Source: Patescibacteria group bacterium (GTDB lineage Bacteria > Patescibacteriota > UBA1384 > 2-12-FULL-50-11). From it: 43,240 nt of DNA. The stretch lies in the NCBI GenBank assembly GCA_016861245.1, contig BOKZ01000001.1, forward strand, positions 143,107-186,346. The letters run 5' to 3'. The position numbers and the translations under genes are program-made. The notes below the pieces were generated by a model, which worked only from the letters and a program-made list of their open reading frames with translations, was not told the DNA's origin and made no database searches. This document shows, one piece after another, positions 15,761 to 25,035 of this stretch (positions are counted from its first letter, which is position 1; each line of letters begins with the position of its first letter).

Positions 15761-17230
15761 CTACTCGCGCAGCGATTTAATTATTTTTAAGGCTGTCTCG
15801 ATTCGTTGCAGCGATTCATCTTTACCAAATATCTCCAACAGCTCAAAAACTCCTGGCGATGCCTCGCTCCCGCTTAACGCCACTCGAACCGACCACAGTA
15901 GCTCGCCGTCTTTCAACTCGGCGGCTTGCGCTGCTTTCCGAAGCGAGACTTCTGTTACATCAACTGAGTACTGATCGATCTCTCGTAGTGTTCGCTCGGC
16001 AACAGTTAGCGCCTTCTCCGTTCGCTGCTTATCGGACTTACGAGCGATTAGTAGCGAAGCCGGGTACTCTGGCTTACGGTAGAAAAAAGTAATGAGCGAT
16101 TTCACGTCTGCCAGCGTTTTTAACCGATCCTGAACTAAGGCGATCACTTGTAAATAGCGCTGCACGTCACTTTCTATTTCTTTTTGTAATTCTTTGTCGG
16201 TAATAAATTCTTGCGTTAAGTGCGCGATTTTGCCGAGATCCGAGTTACGAATATAATAGCCGTTCATCCAAAGTAGTTTCTCCGGATCAAATATCGACGG
16301 ACTTTTACCGACGCGGTCGATCTGAAATTCTTGGATTAACTCTTGCATCGAGAAAATCTCTTGATCGGTACCGCTTGACCAGCCAAGTAGAACCAAAAAG
16401 TTAATCAGCGCCTCAGGTAAGTATCCTTTCGCGCGGTAATCATCAGTAACTGAGACCGGATTTTTGCGCTTACTCATTTTTGATCGATCGGCGTTGAGAA
16501 TTAGCGGCAGATGCCCGAATTGCGGGTTCATAAAGTTGAGCGCTTCTGCTAGGAGTATCTGTTTCGCAGCGTTTGGTAAGTGCTCTTCGCCGCGTAGAAC
16601 GTGGCTGATTTTCATTAAGTAATCGTCAATTGTATTAGTAAAAACGAATAACGGCATACCGTCCGTACGAACGATCACAAAATCTCCCATGAGGCCAGCG
16701 TCGTACTCCACTTTGCCGCGGATTAGATCGTCGATAACAACCTTTTGAGGATCGACCTTAAAACGAATAACAAATGTACGACCATCGCGTTCGTACTGTT
16801 GGTGTTGTTCGTCGCTAAGATTGCGGCATTTACCTGAATACTTCGGCGCCAGCCCTTGTTTTTGCTGTTTTTCGCGTTCAACCGAGAGCTCTTCCGGCGT
16901 GCAGTAACATTTATAAGCGGCACCGCTCTCTAGGAGCTGATCGATATAAACCTGGTATTTATCGAGTCGTTCCTTCTGGTAGTACGGACCGAACTCGCCG
17001 CCGACTTCTGGGCCCTCGTCCCAACCGATGCCTAACCACAGTAAACCGTCGATAATATCCTTGGCGAACTGGTCTTGCGAACGCTCGGCATCGGTATCTT
17101 CCATCCGAAGAATAAACGAGCCGTTATTTCGCTTGGCAAACAAATAATTAAACAACGCCGTCCTGGCGGTGCCAAGATGAAATTTACCGGTCGGTGACGG
17201 CGCGATACGGACGCGGATATTATCTGGCAT
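15761..17230 (-). CDS. gltX: glutamyl-tRNA synthetase
   Basis: RVRIAPSPTGKFHLGTARTALFNYLFA (HIGH region) and the KMSKR loop (SKMSKRK). 489 aa. Confidence 0.95.
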   Translation of the reverse strand: MPDNIRVRIAPSPTGKFHLGTARTALFNYLFAKRNNGSFILRMEDTDAERSQDQFAKDIIDGLLWLGIGWDEGPEVGGEFGPYYQKERLDKYQVYIDQLLESGAAYKCYCTPEELSVEREKQQKQGLAPKYSGKCRNLSDEQHQQYERDGRTFVIRFKVDPQKVVIDDLIRGKVEYDAGLMGDFVIVRTDGMPLFVFTNTIDDYLMKISHVLRGEEHLPNAAKQILLAEALNFMNPQFGHLPLILNADRSKMSKRKNPVSVTDDYRAKGYLPEALINFLVLLGWSSGTDQEIFSMQELIQEFQIDRVGKSPSIFDPEKLLWMNGYYIRNSDLGKIAHLTQEFITDKELQKEIESDVQRYLQVIALVQDRLKTLADVKSLITFFYRKPEYPASLLIARKSDKQRTEKALTVAERTLREIDQYSVDVTEVSLRKAAQAAELKDGELLWSVRVALSGSEASPGVFELLEIFGKDESLQRIETALKIIKSLRE

Positions 17231-17594
17231 GGTATTCGATTACTCCTGGGTAATGTTTGAGTTGAGGCATAGTATTAGCGTTGTCCACCGTTATAACGTC
17301 AATTCTGACAGATTCGCTCTGATATTTCATCTGAAGTTCACAAGCAAGTAGCACGAGTTTACGCTGTTTAACTGGAGTAATCATCTCGATCGCCGAGCCG
17401 AATCGATCGCCAGTTTTCGTCTTTACTTCAACCAAAACGAGCGTGTCTCGATCTTTAGCTAGAATATCGATCTCGCCGAATTTAGTTTGAAGGTTTCGAC
17501 TCAGTATCGTCAGCTTCTTCTTCTGAAGAAACTGGCTCGCTAGTGTCTCCCCCCGACTCCCCAGCGTCTTGTTGTGGTTGCTCATCAACCGCAT
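17220..17594 (-). CDS. yraN: YraN-family (UPF0102) endonuclease-like protein
   Basis: LGSRGETLASQFLQKKKLTILSRNLQTKFGEIDILAKDRDTLVLVEVKTK is the YraN signature. Start is ATG 17594 or 17585. Either start lies inside the 3' extension of rplS. Confidence 0.8.
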   Translation of the reverse strand: MRLMSNHNKTLGSRGETLASQFLQKKKLTILSRNLQTKFGEIDILAKDRDTLVLVEVKTKTGDRFGSAIEMITPVKQRKLVLLACELQMKYQSESVRIDVITVDNANTMPQLKHYPGVIEYHAR

Positions 17595-18060
17595 TCTCTT
17601 CGCTCACGGGCGCTTCTGCAACTTCTTCGGCTTGTGGGGTTTCTTCGGCTGCCTCAGCGATCTCTTCTTGCTGCTTGGCTACTTCTTCCCAAACTGTGCC
17701 GGCAACGCCTTTATCTTTCAATTTAAAGCGGCTACTCATCGCGTAGCGTCGGACAAAACCGAGTTTTGCACGGCGAACTTTACCGGTTTTCGTGCGTTCG
17801 ATTTTGATAATCCACGGCGAGTGCAGCGGGAACGTTCGTTCTACGCCAACACCAGTTACAACCTTACGAACGACAAAACTTCCCTGTAAGGATGTGCCGC
17901 TTTTAGTGCCGATTACCAGGCCTTCAAAAATCTGGACGCGTTCTTTGTTACCCTCGCGGATTTTGTAGTGAACGCGAACGGTATCGCCAACACGAACGTC
18001 GGCGACGTTATTTTTAATTTGTTTAGAGTTAAGTTTATTAATCAGAGCCTGTGAATCCAT
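17482..18060 (-). CDS. rplS: 50S ribosomal protein L19 with a ~75-aa acidic C-terminal extension
   Basis: MDSQALINKLNSKQIKNNVADVRVGDTVRVHYKIREGNKERVQIFEGLVI..RRAKLGFVR is L19. The start at ATG 18060 is supported by the promoter at 18074-18102. The C-terminus is EEIAEAAEETPQAEEVAEAPVSEEN..EEEADDTESKPSN. Confidence 0.9.
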   Translation of the reverse strand: MDSQALINKLNSKQIKNNVADVRVGDTVRVHYKIREGNKERVQIFEGLVIGTKSGTSLQGSFVVRKVVTGVGVERTFPLHSPWIIKIERTKTGKVRRAKLGFVRRYAMSSRFKLKDKGVAGTVWEEVAKQQEEIAEAAEETPQAEEVAEAPVSEENAVDEQPQQDAGESGGDTSEPVSSEEEADDTESKPSN

Positions 18061-18073
18061 AATTAGCCTAATA

Positions 18074-18102
18074 ATTATACTGAAACGCCTCGAGTGAAGC
18101 AA
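18074..18102 (-). promoter_or_regulatory. sigma70-like promoter for rplS (TTGCTT-N17-TATAAT)
   Basis: Minus sense TTGCTT (18102-18097), 17-nt spacer, TATAAT (18079-18074). The ATG is 13 nt downstream. Confidence 0.5.
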
Positions 18103-18110
18103 GGGGCTTA

Positions 18111-18146
18111 CTAAAAAGCTGCCGTGACAGTGGCCTATCCGGCAGC
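18111..18146 (-). terminator. terminator after the 180-aa orphan gene
   Basis: Minus sense GCTGCCG-(15-nt loop containing the stop codon)-CGGCAGC followed by TTTTTAG. Confidence 0.5.
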
Positions 18147-18677
18147 GACGAGTGGTTCTGACACCTCCTTTGTATCGGGCGGCTCGAGCGAACCAAGCTT
18201 GAGCAGCTTTTCAAACTCATTCCAGGCGTCTCTAATTCTAAACCGCATCGATTTAACTCGGAGATTAGCGGTAAAGACGATCGAAACGTATGACTGTTGA
18301 GAGGGGTTCGGTCGGTAGATCCGTTCTCGTATCACCGTGCAGTTCCGGTCAATAATCAGAGAGTGGTTCCGAGCGATATGGCCGAGTAGCAAATGAGCGA
18401 AAAGGTGAATCGCACCAAGCCCACTCAAGCGGCCATCGTGCCAAAAGTCGCGCAGCTTCGTCAGCTTGCCAAATTGCAAACACTCTTGCTCGGCCACTAA
18501 AGGCAGGAGCACCTCTTCGATTTTGGCGATCTGAACAGCGGTGTAGTACCGGCCGGCCGGAACTTTGATACGGACCTCAGTGAGACCGTTTGGCTCTTCC
18601 GGTAGACACTTCAGCTGAGAGAGAATCTGCGCGAACGCGGTCGAGTTACGTCTGTGACGAACGACAGAAAAGTTCAT
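18135..18677 (-). CDS. hypothetical protein (180 aa)
   Basis: Long ORF with no family recognised. It contains a His-rich segment HLFAHLLLGHIARNH. It looks G+C-richer than flanking genes, by eye. Confidence 0.6.
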   Translation of the reverse strand: MNFSVVRHRRNSTAFAQILSQLKCLPEEPNGLTEVRIKVPAGRYYTAVQIAKIEEVLLPLVAEQECLQFGKLTKLRDFWHDGRLSGLGAIHLFAHLLLGHIARNHSLIIDRNCTVIRERIYRPNPSQQSYVSIVFTANLRVKSMRFRIRDAWNEFEKLLKLGSLEPPDTKEVSEPLVAAG

Positions 18678-18739
18678 TTCACACCATAAATGTGGCCGCC
18701 CTCCGCAACGCTTCGGGCAGCCAATGGTCGAGAACGCCG

Positions 18740-18970
18740 TTACCAGCGCTCAGTGAGTCGTCTGATCGCGTCAGCGATCTCGTCCTCTGCGTCCACCTCA
18801 GCCAGAGGGTCAATCGAGTCAAGCCGAAGCTCTCCTCCCAGAGGTCTGATTCGCATCAACACCTCATCTCGATTGGGTTCCCCCTCCAGCTCTTGGTAGT
18901 GCCGGGAGAACGGACTGCAATCGGGCAACCGCCGAAGCGGACCCGGGTTGTTTCTCTGATTGTCATCCAT
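18740..18970 (-). CDS. hypothetical small acidic protein (76 aa)
   Basis: ORF directly upstream of the 180-aa orphan and downstream of rpmA on the same strand. No family recognised. Confidence 0.5.
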   Translation of the reverse strand: MDDNQRNNPGPLRRLPDCSPFSRHYQELEGEPNRDEVLMRIRPLGGELRLDSIDPLAEVDAEDEIADAIRRLTERW

Positions 18971-19033
18971 GATCAGTTTTTCGTAACGTGTTCAGCGGTC
19001 CTAGAAACCGCCTACGATTGTCGAGGTGCGAAC

Positions 19034-19306
19034 TCAGAGAACGCTGACGACGGTCTTGAGAGAACGTCGGCCAGTGTGACTCTGAACTTTTCGCTGGTGA
19101 AAAGTGACCACGCCGTCTTTGGTAGCAAAGATGGTATCGTCACCGCCCATCATCACATTCTGACCAGCAAAGAACTTTGAACCGCGTTGTCGCACGATGA
19201 TGCCGCCGCGTTTTATCGGCTGCGCTCCGTAGACTTTAACCCCAAGTCGCTTACTCTGGGAGTCTCGACCGTTCTTTGATGATCCTTTTGCCTTTGTTGA
19301 TGCCAT
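19034..19306 (-). CDS. rpmA: 50S ribosomal protein L27
   Basis: [61 protein letters not shown] is the L27 signature. Confidence 0.95.
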   Translation of the reverse strand: MASTKAKGSSKNGRDSQSKRLGVKVYGAQPIKRGGIIVRQRGSKFFAGQNVMMGGDDTIFATKDGVVTFHQRKVQSHTGRRSLKTVVSVL

Positions 19307-19318
19307 AATGTACGTCCA

Positions 19319-19347
19319 ATTTTATGGGAAAACTTCGAGAGAGTCAA
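19319..19347 (-). promoter_or_regulatory. sigma70-like promoter for rpmA (TTGACT-N17-TAAAAT)
   Basis: Minus sense TTGACT (19347-19342), 17-nt spacer, TAAAAT (19324-19319). The ATG is 12 nt downstream and no SD is visible. Confidence 0.5.
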
Positions 19348-19393
19348 GTAGGTTTGTCATTGCTAAGCGAGCCCAGTCTGCTACAAAAAGTGT

Positions 19394-22300
19394 ATGTCGA
19401 AGAACCAATTCGTCCATCTCCATGTGCACTCGCACTACTCGTTGCTCGACGGTCTCGGGAAAATCCCGGAACTAGTAAATCGGGCTGTAGAATTAGGAAT
19501 GCCAGCGCTTGCCTTAACCGACCACGGCGTACTGCACGGCGCGATCGAGTTTTTTACGGTCTGCCAGAAAGCCGGGATTAAACCGATTATCGGACAAGAG
19601 ATTTACGTCGCCCCCAGGAAACTAACCGACAAATCGAGCGGCATCGACACACGCCCGTATCACATGGTGCTGCTGGCAAAAGACTACGAGGGCTACAAAA
19701 ACCTGATTAAACTTACAACCGTCGCCCATTTAGAAGGCTACTATTACAAACCAAGAGTCGATCGAGACTTGCTGTCACGACACAGCAAAGGACTAATTGC
19801 GACCTCAGCCTGCTTGGCCTCTGAGACATCGCGACTTATTCTCGATAACAAAGAGAAGGAAGTGCTCGAAACAATCGGTGAGTACGCCGAGATTTTTGGG
19901 AAAGATAACTACTATTTGGAGCTTCAGCACCACCCCGCTATTCAGGAGCAAGAGGTGGTTAACCGAGCAATTAAAGAGCTCTCGCGAAAATTAAAATTAC
20001 CGCTCGTTGCCACTAACGACACCCATTACGTCAATTCAGACGACCACGTCTCGCACGACCAACTAGTCTGTATCCAGACCGGCAAATTAGTCTCCGACAC
20101 TAACCGGATGCTCTATACTGGCGATTTTTCGTTAAAAACTCCAGACGAGATGGCGCAGGCGTTTAGCGACACGCCAAGTGCGATCGAAAACACAGTCAAA
20201 GTCGCCGAAATGGTTAACGTCGATATCGAGCTTGGCAAAAATTTGCTGCCGAACTTCCCACTGCCAGAAGGCGAAACCGAAGAGTCGCTGCTACGCAAAT
20301 GGTGCGAGAAAGGTTTACACGAACGCTACTCGACCGTGACGCCGGAAATACGTGAACGACTGAATTACGAACTCGATATGGTAATTAAGATGGGCTTCCC
20401 AGGGTATTTTTTAATCGTTGCCGACTTCGTTAACTTCGCCAAATCAAAAAATATCTTCGTCGGCCCTGGTCGCGGATCGGCTGCTGGTTCGCTAATGGCA
20501 TACTGCGCCGGCATTACCAACGTCGATCCGCTTCGGTACGGTCTACTGTTTGAGCGATTTTTAGACGTTAACCGTATCTCGATGCCAGATATCGATATGG
20601 ACTTCGAAGACGTCAGGCGAAAAGAAGTAATCGACTACGTCAGAGAAAAATACGGCGACGATCACGTCGCGGGCATTATTACGTTCGGAACAATTATGGC
20701 ACGGGCGGCGGTTCGCGACGTCGGTCGTGTTCTTGGCATGAGCTACGCTCAGGTTGATACGATCGCCAAAGCCGTACCCGCGCCGATTCAGGGTCGCCAC
20801 ATCCCGCTCTCAAAGTCGGTTAAAGAAGCGCCCGAATTAAAGGAACTTTACGACAACGACCCCGAAGCTAAGCAGTTACTTGATTCGGCGATGAAACTAG
20901 AGGGAACGATCCGACACGCCTCACAACACGCGTGCGCAATCGTAATTTCCAAGGATCCGCTCGACGAATACGTGCCGGTCCAGCAGGCACAAGGCGGCGA
21001 CGTTCACCAAGTTACTCAGTACTCGATGGAACCGATCGAAAAAATCGGACTGTTAAAAATGGACTTCCTGGGACTCTCGAACTTAACCATCATGCGACAA
21101 GCCTGTGAGATTATCGAAGCAACCTACGGTAAAAAAATCGATATCTATAATCTGCCGCTCGACGACAAAAAGACCTTTGCTCTGCTCGGGCGCGGCGAGA
21201 CGACGGGCGTGTTTCAGCTGGAATCGGCTGGTATGAAGCGCTACATCAAAGAGCTAAAGCCAAACCTGTTTGAAGACATCATCGCCATGGTCTCGCTGTA
21301 TCGCCCAGGACCGATGCAGTGGATTCAAAGTTTTATTGATCGTAAAAACGGCAAAGAGAAGATCACCTACCTCCATCCGTTAGCCGAAGAAGCCCTTAAA
21401 GAAACATACGGCATTCCGGTTTACCAAGAGCAGGTAATGCGGTTGAGCAAGGATATGTGCGGCTTCACCGGCTCAGAGGCTGACACGCTACGCAAAGCGA
21501 TCGGTAAAAAAATCCCGAAACTGATGGCGGAGATGAAAGAAAAATTCATCAACGGCGCCGTCAAAAATGGGGTTAAGGCCGACCGAGCCGACGAGATCTG
21601 GAAGCAGCTAGAAGATTTCGCTGCGTATTGTTTTAATAAAAGCCACGCTACTTGCTACGCGCTCATCGCTTACCAAACCGCTTACTTAAAAGCGCATTAC
21701 CCGGACTGTTTCATGGCAGCGCTGATGACAAGCGACCTCGACAATATCGACCGCCTTTCGATCGAGATTAGCGAGTGCGAGCGGATGAAACTAACCGTGA
21801 TGCCGCCGGACGTTAACGAGTCGTTCGCCGATTTTGCAGTGGTTAAAGACGCGCGGTCAATCCGCTTTGGCCTTGCCGCGATAAAAAACGTCGGTTTAAG
21901 TGTGGCGAAAGCGATCGTTCGCGAGCGTAAAGCCAACGGACCGTTCCAGTCGCTCGAGGAGTTTCTCAGCCGTTGCGGTACAACCCTGAATAAAAAAGTT
22001 CTCGAGAGTCTCGTTAAAGCTGGCGCGCTCGATCGGTTTGCCTCGCGCGAGAGTTTGTACGCCGGCATTGAGCTCCTGGTTAAGACTGCGGCCGGTGGAA
22101 ATAAGAGCCACGCCGCCAACCAAATGATGATATTCGGCGAGGAGGAGCAGAAAACAACGATCGCCAAGTTAAATCTGCCCGCCGGTACTGCGGACAAGAA
22201 GCTTAACCTCGTCTGGGAGAAAGAGCTACTTGGGCTGTATCTGTCGGATCATCCGATTAAAGAGTACTCGGAGCTGCTGGCTAAAGTTGCGACCCCGTTG

Positions 22301-22882
22301 CACGAAATTAAACTAGAAGATGCCGGCAAAACTGTGCGCGTCGGTGGGATAGTTCACGAGGTTAAAAAAATAACAACTAAATCAAATCAGATGATGGCGT
22401 TCGTTCAGTTAGAAGACCTTAACGCCGTTGTGGAGCTAGTCGTTTTCCCGACTATTTTCAAAGACAACCAAAAGTTTTGGGAACCAGACGCGATGGTTTT
22501 AGTTGAAGGCAAGATTAACGACAAGGACGGCTCGGCAAAGATTTTGGTCGATAAAGTTTGGCCGCTCGATTCTGTGACACCAGCGATTCTCTCACCGCTC
22601 GACCAGTCAATAAAACCGAATTTCAGTCGCGGTAACTGGTCGAACAACGCTCCCACAACCACCAAACCAACCTCTCGGCAGTTTACAATCGAGTTGCCGC
22701 AACGCACAACGAAAACGGTCATCGAGCAGCTTAAAACCATCTTGCTAGATCACCCGGGCGAAGCGACCGTCGAGCTCCGGATACCACACGGCGGCAGCAC
22801 TAAAATTGTTCAAACGAGCTTAAAAGTTAAGCGCTCCGAAGAATTGGAAGAAGAAGTCCAGCAGTTATTGATGCGCGTTTAG
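19394..22882 (+). CDS. dnaE: DNA polymerase III alpha subunit
   Basis: 1162 aa. PHP domain (FVHLHVHSHYSLLDG), polymerase core (GPGRGSAAGSLMAYCAGIT, PDIDMDF) and a C-terminal OB fold. Confidence 0.97.
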   Translation: MSKNQFVHLHVHSHYSLLDGLGKIPELVNRAVELGMPALALTDHGVLHGAIEFFTVCQKAGIKPIIGQEIYVAPRKLTDKSSGIDTRPYHMVLLAKDYEGYKNLIKLTTVAHLEGYYYKPRVDRDLLSRHSKGLIATSACLASETSRLILDNKEKEVLETIGEYAEIFGKDNYYLELQHHPAIQEQEVVNRAIKELSRKLKLPLVATNDTHYVNSDDHVSHDQLVCIQTGKLVSDTNRMLYTGDFSLKTPDEMAQAFSDTPSAIENTVKVAEMVNVDIELGKNLLPNFPLPEGETEESLLRKWCEKGLHERYSTVTPEIRERLNYELDMVIKMGFPGYFLIVADFVNFAKSKNIFVGPGRGSAAGSLMAYCAGITNVDPLRYGLLFERFLDVNRISMPDIDMDFEDVRRKEVIDYVREKYGDDHVAGIITFGTIMARAAVRDVGRVLGMSYAQVDTIAKAVPAPIQGRHIPLSKSVKEAPELKELYDNDPEAKQLLDSAMKLEGTIRHASQHACAIVISKDPLDEYVPVQQAQGGDVHQVTQYSMEPIEKIGLLKMDFLGLSNLTIMRQACEIIEATYGKKIDIYNLPLDDKKTFALLGRGETTGVFQLESAGMKRYIKELKPNLFEDIIAMVSLYRPGPMQWIQSFIDRKNGKEKITYLHPLAEEALKETYGIPVYQEQVMRLSKDMCGFTGSEADTLRKAIGKKIPKLMAEMKEKFINGAVKNGVKADRADEIWKQLEDFAAYCFNKSHATCYALIAYQTAYLKAHYPDCFMAALMTSDLDNIDRLSIEISECERMKLTVMPPDVNESFADFAVVKDARSIRFGLAAIKNVGLSVAKAIVRERKANGPFQSLEEFLSRCGTTLNKKVLESLVKAGALDRFASRESLYAGIELLVKTAAGGNKSHAANQMMIFGEEEQKTTIAKLNLPAGTADKKLNLVWEKELLGLYLSDHPIKEYSELLAKVATPLHEIKLEDAGKTVRVGGIVHEVKKITTKSNQMMAFVQLEDLNAVVELVVFPTIFKDNQKFWEPDAMVLVEGKINDKDGSAKILVDKVWPLDSVTPAILSPLDQSIKPNFSRGNWSNNAPTTTKPTSRQFTIELPQRTTKTVIEQLKTILLDHPGEATVELRIPHGGSTKIVQTSLKVKRSEELEEEVQQLLMRV

Positions 22883-23403
22883 CGAAGTGTCACTCGAGAG
22901 TCAGAAGACGACTCGCTCACCGAGCGTTGTACCCGTACAATTTCCTGTTGAATATCGTATGGATCTACTACGTCTTCTAAATCAACTCTTCCGTAACTAG
23001 AAGCCGTCTGGATTTTAACTCGACCGAAGTTGAAGACAGTTCGGATCGGTCCTTTGATTTCTGTTGATATCTCTTGAATTCGTTCGATCTCGGCCTCGGA
23101 AATTTCGCGATTAAACAAGCCGTTTTGATCGATTTTAATAACTCGTTGGTTCGTAATAATATAGTCGCTGTTGTTCCAGATAAACCACTGATACAAACTA
23201 TACAGCAGCCCAAAGCCAAGTACGCCAAAGATCGCGTACGAGCTTATCGTTGAGAGCCCAAATTTCCAGACAAGTAGGGCTATAATCGTAATCAGTCCTA
23301 ACCAAACCCAAACGATCGGCATTAATACCCACGGATGCTGTTTTACTACCAGTAGTACCTGCTCATTACTTCGCTTGCCGCGAAAACTATATTCCTCACT
23401 CAT
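22879..23403 (-). CDS. bacterial PH-domain (bPH_2/DUF304, YdbT-like) membrane protein
   Basis: 174 aa with two TM helices, then the motif NSDYIITNQRVIKIDQNGLFNREISEAEIERIQEI. Its stop overlaps the convergent dnaE stop (TTAG). Confidence 0.75.
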   Translation of the reverse strand: MSEEYSFRGKRSNEQVLLVVKQHPWVLMPIVWVWLGLITIIALLVWKFGLSTISSYAIFGVLGFGLLYSLYQWFIWNNSDYIITNQRVIKIDQNGLFNREISEAEIERIQEISTEIKGPIRTVFNFGRVKIQTASSYGRVDLEDVVDPYDIQQEIVRVQRSVSESSSDSRVTLR

Positions 23404-24478
23404 TTACTTGTTTGAGTATAGCGTTTTTTGCGTTTCTCGAGCGCTGTACTGATACGCTAATAACTATAAATAACACAACCAACGCGAGCGCTACTGCGGC
23501 CGCTTGTAGTTTGCCGAACGTCTGAGTATTTAAAGCGACTAATCCAAAAGCTAAACTAATCGCTGAGAATAGCATTGTAATCTGGTACGGCTTCAGGCCA
23601 AGTTCTAGTAGTCGGTGATGAAGATGAATCCGATCCGCTAAAAACGGTGACCGGCCGGTAACGATGCGAGTAATAATAACGCTCAATGCGTCGATAAATG
23701 GTATCGCTAGTACCAAAAATGCCGTTGCCACTTTTCCGCCCGAGATTACCGCCAACACTCCGATAATAAAGCCGATAAAAACTGATCCGGTGTCGCCTAA
23801 GAACGCTTTCGCCGAATTAAGATTAAACGGAAGGAATCCGACAACCGACCCAAGAGCGATCATCGAAAGCAGCGCGTTTGAGTCTTGCGCCACGTCCGGA
23901 CGGATTGAGAGAAAAAAGAGAATTAATAGTGAGATCGAGGAGACGCTACCAGCCAAACCGTCAACGCCGTCGAGCATGTTAACAACATTCGAGAGACCGA
24001 CTAGCCAAAGTGCGATAAAAGCCCAAGCAAAACCCTCAAGAACGATTTGATCTCCAAACGGATTCGTCAGCCATTCTATTCGAATTCCGCACCAGAACAC
24101 GATTAACGCCGCTGCGATTTGAGTAAGTAGTCGAATTTGCCATCGCACCCCTCGAAAGTCGTCATAAATATTAACCGCTGAGAGTAGCAGGACTGCTAAC
24201 AACACCCCTAACAGGTTTCGATCGAGACCGAGCAGCAGCTCACCGCTAAACAAAAGTTTTTCAGGAAAAATTGAGGCAAAAAGTACCGTCGTTATAATAA
24301 ACGACGCAACGATCGCGATCCCACCGATACGAGGAACCGGTTGTTTATGCGTATCTCTAGATCGAATCGGCGGTAAAAAAACTTGGTGTCGATGTGCGTA
24401 GCCGATAAGAAACTTCACCAGCAATCCTGATAGCAGAGCTGAACCGATAAAGGCTATCAGATAGAGATTCGACATCAC
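23396..24478 (-). CDS. glycosyltransferase family 4 polyprenyl-phosphate sugar-1-phosphate transferase (WecA/MraY family)
   Basis: 360 aa, polytopic. Motifs NIYDDFRG, NVVNMLDGVDGLAG, FLGDTGS and HLHHRLL. Confidence 0.9.
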   Translation of the reverse strand: MMSNLYLIAFIGSALLSGLLVKFLIGYAHRHQVFLPPIRSRDTHKQPVPRIGGIAIVASFIITTVLFASIFPEKLLFSGELLLGLDRNLLGVLLAVLLLSAVNIYDDFRGVRWQIRLLTQIAAALIVFWCGIRIEWLTNPFGDQIVLEGFAWAFIALWLVGLSNVVNMLDGVDGLAGSVSSISLLILFFLSIRPDVAQDSNALLSMIALGSVVGFLPFNLNSAKAFLGDTGSVFIGFIIGVLAVISGGKVATAFLVLAIPFIDALSVIITRIVTGRSPFLADRIHLHHRLLELGLKPYQITMLFSAISLAFGLVALNTQTFGKLQAAAVALALVVLFIVISVSVQRSRNAKNAILKQVNE

Positions 24479-24510
24479 ATCCGAATCGTACCGTACTCAA
24501 CCATTGTTTG

Positions 24511-25032
24511 TTAGCGGGTGTGTTTCTCGTGAACCGCCGAGTACGTCGTTAGTTCTTTCGGATCAAACCAGAGCGATAGCTCGATTTTTGCTTCTTCGAC
24601 ACTGCCGGAGGCGTGAACTAAATTCTTAACCGTGATGCCAACGGTGTTGGCGTAATCTTGCGAGACGTGCGCGAAATCGCCACGGATTGTTCCAGCTGGC
24701 GCTTCGTTCGGGTACGTCGAGCCGACGATTTTCCGTACAACAGGGCAAGCGTCGATTCCTTCGACCGCCATCGCCACGATCGGTCCAGACGTTAAAAATC
24801 CGACCATCTCGTCCATAATCTTTGTTGCTTTTTCCTTGCCGAGTTTCTCAGTGTAGCGCTCGATAAAATCGCCGTAGTGTTTGGTCGCTAGCTCAGCTGA
24901 AGCGACCAGTAATTTGAGCCCGACAATTTTCAAGCCTCGTTCTTCGAAACGACTAATTACTCGTCCGACCAATCCCCGTTCAACGGCGTCAGGTTTAAGC
25001 AGCACTAATGTGGTATCGATTTTCATACCCAT
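24511..25032 (-). CDS. ndk: nucleoside diphosphate kinase
   Basis: TLVLLKPDAVERGLVGRVISRFEERGLKIVGLKL, TIRGDFA and NLVHASGS (active-site His). Confidence 0.9.
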   Translation of the reverse strand: MGMKIDTTLVLLKPDAVERGLVGRVISRFEERGLKIVGLKLLVASAELATKHYGDFIERYTEKLGKEKATKIMDEMVGFLTSGPIVAMAVEGIDACPVVRKIVGSTYPNEAPAGTIRGDFAHVSQDYANTVGITVKNLVHASGSVEEAKIELSLWFDPKELTTYSAVHEKHTR

Positions 25033-25035
25033 AGT

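Noticed and set aside
19797-22740. Several 60-170-aa ORFs inside or antisense to dnaE, with similar cases inside the ATPase, the giant pilus protein, pilC and gltX
   Set aside because: All are nested in strongly supported long genes. They lack start context and have skewed composition typical of shadow ORFs.
22879-22882. Convergent dnaE and bPH-domain genes sharing overlapping stop codons (TTAG) with no terminator between them
   Set aside because: This is real but ordinary for compact genomes, and no further signal was found.
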